In this document: positions 58,798 through 63,947 of the stretch, piece after piece
Layout of the letters: each line of letters opens with the position of its first letter
Position numbering within the stretch: the stretch's first letter is position 1
Made by a program: the position numbers and the translations under genes
Notes under the pieces: model-generated
The model's input: the letters and a program-made list of their open reading frames with translations, nothing else
Databases searched by the model: none
What the model was told of the DNA's origin: nothing
NCBI GenBank assembly: GCA_963932905.1
Contig: CAWVRN010000028.1
Location: forward strand, 1-63,947
Origin: an uncultured Bdellovibrio sp.
GTDB taxonomy: Bacteria; Bdellovibrionota; Bdellovibrionia; Bdellovibrionales; Bdellovibrionaceae
DNA length: 63,947 nucleotides
Direction: 5' to 3'

Positions 58798-61221
58798 CTA
58801 CTGTTTTTCACTAGCAAGAGATCGAACTACTTTTCTGATTTTCACAAATTTCGGAACGTCTTCATTTTTGATAAGCGATTGAGTTACTGTTTCTATTTTG
58901 TCGTCATGACCTGCGAATTGTAAATAGTTAGCGACAACAGCAAGGCCCGCCATTTCACGCGCATTGACTCTAGGATCGCTAGAATAAAAATAGGCATCAT
59001 TCGCTGACTGACTAGATGAAATGAAATTTCCAATCATATAGTCAGATGCGTAGTTACTGGTTGGTACTCCGTCAATGGGATCAACAATAAATAATAGTAG
59101 CTGACCAGCAACGCCCCGATCGACTGTCCAATTGCCCCCACCGGTATTTGATTCCGCAGATCCTGCTGATCCGTCCGTAACGACATAGATCATCAATTTC
59201 TTTTTAGATTTGTAAGCATATTCGATGGATTTTCCGATCCATTCTCCAATTGTGAAATCGCTAGCGTCTGACGTTCCCCTAGAAACTTTGCGATAGTCGT
59301 AACCGTTAAAGTTCAAGCTCGCCGGACCAATATTTCCATTTATCGAGTTATAGATGATTTGTTTTGTCGCCGCGGGTGTGCCAGTTTTATTGGTATCGGT
59401 ATCGAAAATATCTGTGAAGTCTTTAACTGAATAGGCATCGTATTCTGTAATCATGGGAAAGTCTTGAAATTTTGTGTAACCAGAATGATTAGATAAATCC
59501 AAAAACCCAGAGAACGGTTTGAACACCGCAGTTAAATTTAACTCAAGACCTGATTTGCCAGAAAAAATAGTCGTTTGATTTATCCCGTTCAGCATTTTAC
59601 CAGAGGCATTGGCTGCCGACCGAATGAAAGTTCCCTTTAATCCAGCGGATGAAATATAGGTTTGAATGTCAAAAGGGTTGTTAGATGAGTTATCTACAGA
59701 ACCAACCGGAATTGCATACACTTGAGCTTTCGCTTCCGCATCGGCGGACATGTGCGCCTTCATTCCTTTTAAAATACCGCTATCTTTATACCATTTCGCC
59801 CCGACGTAGTTTTCATTGTTAGCTTCCACATAAGCTTTATTGCCCATGCCCATTTTACTGTAGCTATCTAGTAGTTGGCCATTTTCATCTAACGGAATCA
59901 CATTCGCTGCTAGGGCCGCACCCCCAGATAAGTTTATAGTGATAAAACCTGGATTTTGTTCTTCGGCTAAATAGTAAAACTGAAACTCATTTGATTGACT
60001 AGTGTTTCCCAGCTTGTCTGTGGACTCGATAGATAATTTATATTCGCCGGTTAATTCGCTCGACAAATCTAAAGGGAATTTGCAATTGGCGATTGATTGA
60101 TCTGAAGATTCACCATTGACCAAACGAGTTAGCTTACACACATTATTGTCCACTCCAGATCCAGCCTCGCCATCATCCACGTTCACCGCAACCACAAAAG
60201 AGTTAGCGAATTTAGAACCTGAATTGGGCGAAATTAGTTCGATTTTTGGACCTGTGGCATCTCGATAGAATTGATACGAAAGTGTACTTGTTAAATACCC
60301 TTGAGAATCACGAGCGCGAACTTTAAATGTATACTGCCCGTCCGAATTAAGATTGTAAGAAACACCGCTTGCGCAGGATTTGAATTCACTTTCTGTACTG
60401 AATTGACATTCGAACCTATTAAATGAAAGTCCGTTCATCAATTCGAATGCGAATTCAGCTGACGATTCTTTGATGAATGCCTCAGGTTTACCCGTCAAGC
60501 TAATATAAGGATAAAGTGGGGAAAAATTCCAAGATGTTTGCACTTCATTGATATTTCCAGCTTTGTCCATCACTCGTACTTTAAACGTATGTGAACCTTC
60601 TGCTAGCTCAGAAAAATTAATTGGACTGGTGCATGATTTCCATTCGCCGCTGTTAAATAAGCAAGAGTATGAATCAATACCAGAACCTCCATCTGTCGCT
60701 GAAAATGTTATTTCAACTTCGTTTGTTCCAATATTCGTTGGGGGCGTTTTGTTAAAAGCAACGAGTGGGACCAGGGAATCTTTAGTCCATACAACATCTT
60801 TAGGAATAGATTCAGCTAAAGATTTGTAGACGGCCTTCACCGAAAGCGAATGCATTCCATCCGCTAAGCTATCTAATTTGAAAGGACTTGCGCAAGGACT
60901 CCATTCACCTTTATCGACTTTACATTGGTAAGAAACTACCGCAGAAACCCTAGAGTTATCGAGCGAGAAAAAGAAAATGGGTGACCAAATGTTGCTATAT
61001 TCAGGAACGGATTGTGTGAAGTTGATGGAAGAACCACTTACGACTTCGGCGATAATTGCGTCATCGTCAGCGTGGCTTTCGCCAATAGATTCTGCTCCCA
61101 CTGAATAAGCATCAGAAGCATTAAGTTCTGGTTTGTACTGGCTGCAATTTTGAAATAGAACGGTCGTGAAAATAAAAGTGCTAACTATCCATGGAAAAAG
61201 GCCATAGCGACGCATACACAC
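58798..61221 (-). CDS. Large lipoprotein: four Cys-paired Ig-like repeats plus an alpha/beta C-terminal domain
   Basis: FQNC lipobox; repeats such as YSCLFNSGEWKSCTSP...EGSHTFKVRVMDKAGN; C-terminal domain ITINLSGGA...YVVTDGS...WTVDRG. Confidence 0.8.
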   Translation of the reverse strand: MCMRRYGLFPWIVSTFIFTTVLFQNCSQYKPELNASDAYSVGAESIGESHADDDAIIAEVVSGSSINFTQSVPEYSNIWSPIFFFSLDNSRVSAVVSYQCKVDKGEWSPCASPFKLDSLADGMHSLSVKAVYKSLAESIPKDVVWTKDSLVPLVAFNKTPPTNIGTNEVEITFSATDGGSGIDSYSCLFNSGEWKSCTSPINFSELAEGSHTFKVRVMDKAGNINEVQTSWNFSPLYPYISLTGKPEAFIKESSAEFAFELMNGLSFNRFECQFSTESEFKSCASGVSYNLNSDGQYTFKVRARDSQGYLTSTLSYQFYRDATGPKIELISPNSGSKFANSFVVAVNVDDGEAGSGVDNNVCKLTRLVNGESSDQSIANCKFPLDLSSELTGEYKLSIESTDKLGNTSQSNEFQFYYLAEEQNPGFITINLSGGAALAANVIPLDENGQLLDSYSKMGMGNKAYVEANNENYVGAKWYKDSGILKGMKAHMSADAEAKAQVYAIPVGSVDNSSNNPFDIQTYISSAGLKGTFIRSAANASGKMLNGINQTTIFSGKSGLELNLTAVFKPFSGFLDLSNHSGYTKFQDFPMITEYDAYSVKDFTDIFDTDTNKTGTPAATKQIIYNSINGNIGPASLNFNGYDYRKVSRGTSDASDFTIGEWIGKSIEYAYKSKKKLMIYVVTDGSAGSAESNTGGGNWTVDRGVAGQLLLFIVDPIDGVPTSNYASDYMIGNFISSSQSANDAYFYSSDPRVNAREMAGLAVVANYLQFAGHDDKIETVTQSLIKNEDVPKFVKIRKVVRSLASEKQ

Positions 61222-61379
61222 TCCCCAAAGTTTCGTCAGACTGACTATCGACAGTTTCAGTGATCCCCATTAAGAGTTTACCATAGTATTTTTAGTTATT
61301 AGATTTTATCAATTTGAGACATTTAGAATGTGACAAACTAGGCACCTACGTAGTCAAATTGAAACGTAAAGGGGATTTT

Positions 61380-62585
61380 ATGAAACATTTCAAAGTTATT
61401 GTTCTTGGATCGGGATCTGGCGGCTTGGCCGTTACGTCTAAGTTACTTGAATATTTATCACCTGTGGATGTCGCCATTGTTGATCCCTCGACGTATCATT
61501 ATTACCAACCTTTTTGGACTCTTGTTGGTGGTGGCGTTGGTACAAAAGAAGAAACAAGAAAAGAAAATAAGGATTTGATTCCAGACGGTGTGATTTGGTT
61601 CAAACAAGCAGTTTCTAAAATTAATCCGGACAAAAAAACGGTTACCTTGGTTGATGACCAGCATGTGACCTATGATTATTTAGTCGTTGCTACGGGCTTA
61701 AAATTAAATTGGGATAAGATTGATGGGTTAGCTGGTAATTTAGGGAAAAATGGCGTGTGTTCGATTTATGAATACGACCAAGTTGATTACGTCAAAGATT
61801 GTATTCGCGGTATGAAGACGGGTGTGGCGTTATTTATCATGCCCCCAACGCCAATCAAATGTGCTGGTGCACCTCAAAAAATAATGTACCTAGCTGATTC
61901 TACTTTCCGTCAAAATGGTGTGCGTGATAAAGTTCAAGTCCACTTCGCATCCGCCGGTAAAGTTATTTTTGGTGTGCCCGAGTTTGCGGTTGCACTGGAT
62001 AAAGTAGTAAAAGAAAAAAATATTCAGACTCATTTTATGCATAAGTTGGTAGGAATTGATGCCGCCAAGAAAACGGCTTTTTTTGATGTGACGGGCGCGG
62101 ATGGGTCTGTGACCAAAAAATCTATGCAGTACGATATGCTTCACGTTGTTCCAAGTATGTCGGCGCATAGCTATGTTGCAGAATCAGGATTGGCACTGGA
62201 AGAAGGCGATCTAAAGGGTTGGTTAGCTGTAAATAAATTTACGTTGCAGCATTTGAAATATCCGAACATCTTTGGAGTTGGTGATGTCACGGGCGTACCG
62301 AATTCAAAGACAGGCGCGGCCATACGTAAGCAGTATCCAGTGGTCGTTAAAAATTTAATTTCGACAATGAATGGAATGAAATTAGATGAATCCTATGATG
62401 GGTATTCTTCGTGTCCACTGGTTGTTGACTATGGTAAAGTTATTTTAGCTGAATTTGGTTATGACAATAAACTGATGCCATCGTTCCCTTTTGATCAGAC
62501 TGTTCCAAGGTCATCAATGTGGATTCTGAAACGTTGGCTGTTGCCGGTTCTTTACTGGTATGGAATGGTCAAAGGCCGTTTTTAG
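61380..62585 (+). CDS. sqr: Sulfide:quinone oxidoreductase (type II / SQOR-like)
   Basis: GSGSGG FAD motif, HYYQPFWTLVGGG, KCAGAPQKIMY, GDV...PNSKTGAA, YDGYSSCP, LAEFGY; AAAGGGG RBS. Confidence 0.88.
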   Translation: MKHFKVIVLGSGSGGLAVTSKLLEYLSPVDVAIVDPSTYHYYQPFWTLVGGGVGTKEETRKENKDLIPDGVIWFKQAVSKINPDKKTVTLVDDQHVTYDYLVVATGLKLNWDKIDGLAGNLGKNGVCSIYEYDQVDYVKDCIRGMKTGVALFIMPPTPIKCAGAPQKIMYLADSTFRQNGVRDKVQVHFASAGKVIFGVPEFAVALDKVVKEKNIQTHFMHKLVGIDAAKKTAFFDVTGADGSVTKKSMQYDMLHVVPSMSAHSYVAESGLALEEGDLKGWLAVNKFTLQHLKYPNIFGVGDVTGVPNSKTGAAIRKQYPVVVKNLISTMNGMKLDESYDGYSSCPLVVDYGKVILAEFGYDNKLMPSFPFDQTVPRSSMWILKRWLLPVLYWYGMVKGRF

Positions 62586-62727
62586 TCTTTCCTATTTTGG
62601 GGTGTGTTTAGATTTTTTACGATTTAATGTCGTTTAATAGGTTTTGAGGTTGGCATTTAGTTGCAATCCCAACCAGTTACGGACATAAAAGTTTAAGATT
62701 GGATAGGCCCCAAACCTAGGAGAACTG

Positions 62728-63897
62728 GTGTATAAATCTAAGATTTCCCTAGTGCTATTTGTTGGTCTTTTTTCGCTTACATCGAGTGCGTTTACCTTTG
62801 TCCCGGCCTGTATTAATACTTATCTTCCGACCGTAAATAAATATGGCGAAAGATTTTTCTTAGATTCCACAAATAAAAGTAAAGGCATCGAAAACCCATC
62901 GCAGCTGCGTTTCATGAGCCAAAATTTCGAAAATCTTGGTCAGTTTAAAGAATACTCGCGTACTAAAACTTTGGTTAATGGAGAACTAAGAGACGTCAAA
63001 GTCGAGAAGACGATCGAAAAATCAAACGCACAGAACTTGCGAATGGCGGCTCGGATACGCAAGCAAAACCCAGATATCATTATCGGAATGGAAGTTAAAG
63101 ATCTCGAAACTGCACAGAAGTATTCAAAAGACTATTTAAATGATGAATACCAGGCGATTTTAATAGAAGGCAACGATGTTCGCGGCATTGATGTCTGTTT
63201 CTTCGTTAAGCGAACTCTAAATTTTGATTTTGAAGTGCAAAGTCATCGCAAATATTCGCTAACGAATCAAGAAAATGATCCTGTTTTCTCGCGCGATCTT
63301 CCGGTTTTATTAGTGCGTCCTGCTGGCGCTTCTAAAAACTCGAAACCATTCATGGCGGTGTTTGCGACTCATTTAAAATCCCAGCTTGGCAGCAGAAAAA
63401 AAACTCGGCCGGGTGAACCGCCCGGTGTCGACAAGACGGTCATCAAACGTTCAGAGCAATCACAAGCGAGTGTTGATATTATGGGGATGCTAAAAGAAAA
63501 ATACCCAAGCATTCCCATTGTGATGGGTGGCGATTTTAATAATAATATTCAAACGGCACCTGAGTTTGCTGCTTTGTACAAAGCGGGATTAGCCGATGCA
63601 CTTAACTTTGATAAGAATCCAATTAAAATGGAAGATCGCTTTTCCCAATATTTTTTCAGATTAATTGACGAAACGGCAGAACCTTTTGATGCTCAACTCA
63701 TCGCTGCCCAACTTGATGCGATGTTAGTAAATCCTGAATTCGCAAAGTATATTTTAGCTTCTGGTATTCAGCGTGACGTGCACCCGGATGGTACAGAATC
63801 GCCGATGCCGACAAAACCCGATCAGGTTAACAAACGTGCGTCTGATCACGATGGTATGTTTTTAGTTGTCGATCTAATAGCAATGCTTAAACATTAA
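62728..63897 (+). CDS. Secreted endonuclease/exonuclease/phosphatase (EEP) family protein
   Basis: AGGAG RBS with GTG start; signal peptide; QNFENL, MEV, GNDVRGIDV, FSRD, THLKS, GGDFN, LDAML, SDH. Confidence 0.88.
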   Translation: MYKSKISLVLFVGLFSLTSSAFTFVPACINTYLPTVNKYGERFFLDSTNKSKGIENPSQLRFMSQNFENLGQFKEYSRTKTLVNGELRDVKVEKTIEKSNAQNLRMAARIRKQNPDIIIGMEVKDLETAQKYSKDYLNDEYQAILIEGNDVRGIDVCFFVKRTLNFDFEVQSHRKYSLTNQENDPVFSRDLPVLLVRPAGASKNSKPFMAVFATHLKSQLGSRKKTRPGEPPGVDKTVIKRSEQSQASVDIMGMLKEKYPSIPIVMGGDFNNNIQTAPEFAALYKAGLADALNFDKNPIKMEDRFSQYFFRLIDETAEPFDAQLIAAQLDAMLVNPEFAKYILASGIQRDVHPDGTESPMPTKPDQVNKRASDHDGMFLVVDLIAMLKH

Positions 63898-63947
63898 GAA
63901 CTGGCCCCTTACTTTGCATTTTAGAATAGTATTTGTTTAAGGCTCAT

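Noticed and set aside
62651..62665. Sigma54-like TGGCA...TTGCA upstream of the EEP gene
   Set aside because: GG-to-GC spacing is 9 nt, whereas sigma54 requires 10.

Overview
Chromosomal window of a bacterium that looks like a Bdellovibrionales member. This is an inference from the gene content, the FQNC lipobox protein, the spdEFG1-type EF-G and the many orphan secreted proteins. The window opens with the 3' end of an rRNA operon (23S tail, 5S, terminator), followed by divergent rpsR / rpmB-rplX, a disrupted gene behind tRNA-Pro(TGG), and mostly housekeeping genes: nitrilase, ETF-QO, THUMP methyltransferase, lpxD, infA, tex, topA, prc, 2-oxoacid dehydrogenase E1 alpha/beta, pyrE, fusA, recQ, aat, ppk1-sixA, an S46 peptidase, a kdsA/aminotransferase/TIGR03546-TIGR03545 envelope operon, a FadL-like barrel and pepN. 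The last quarter holds a ~10 kb TonB-dependent uptake locus (beta-helix partner, TBDR, ankyrin lipoprotein, ExbB, ExbD, DUF3450-like, truncated TtpC-like, TonB, TPR), an Ig-repeat lipoprotein, SQR and a secreted EEP nuclease/phosphatase. I found no CRISPR array, transposase, integrase or prophage. The main observations absent from the ORF track are: a 35-aa ultra-basic ORF with a strong RBS between tex and its terminator; two genes split by -1 frameshifts at A6 runs, one at an in-phase A_AAA_AAG slippery site; and a ~120 bp MITE-like element with 21-bp inverted ends. No database searches were possible, so family calls rest on motif recognition and novelty claims are hypotheses.
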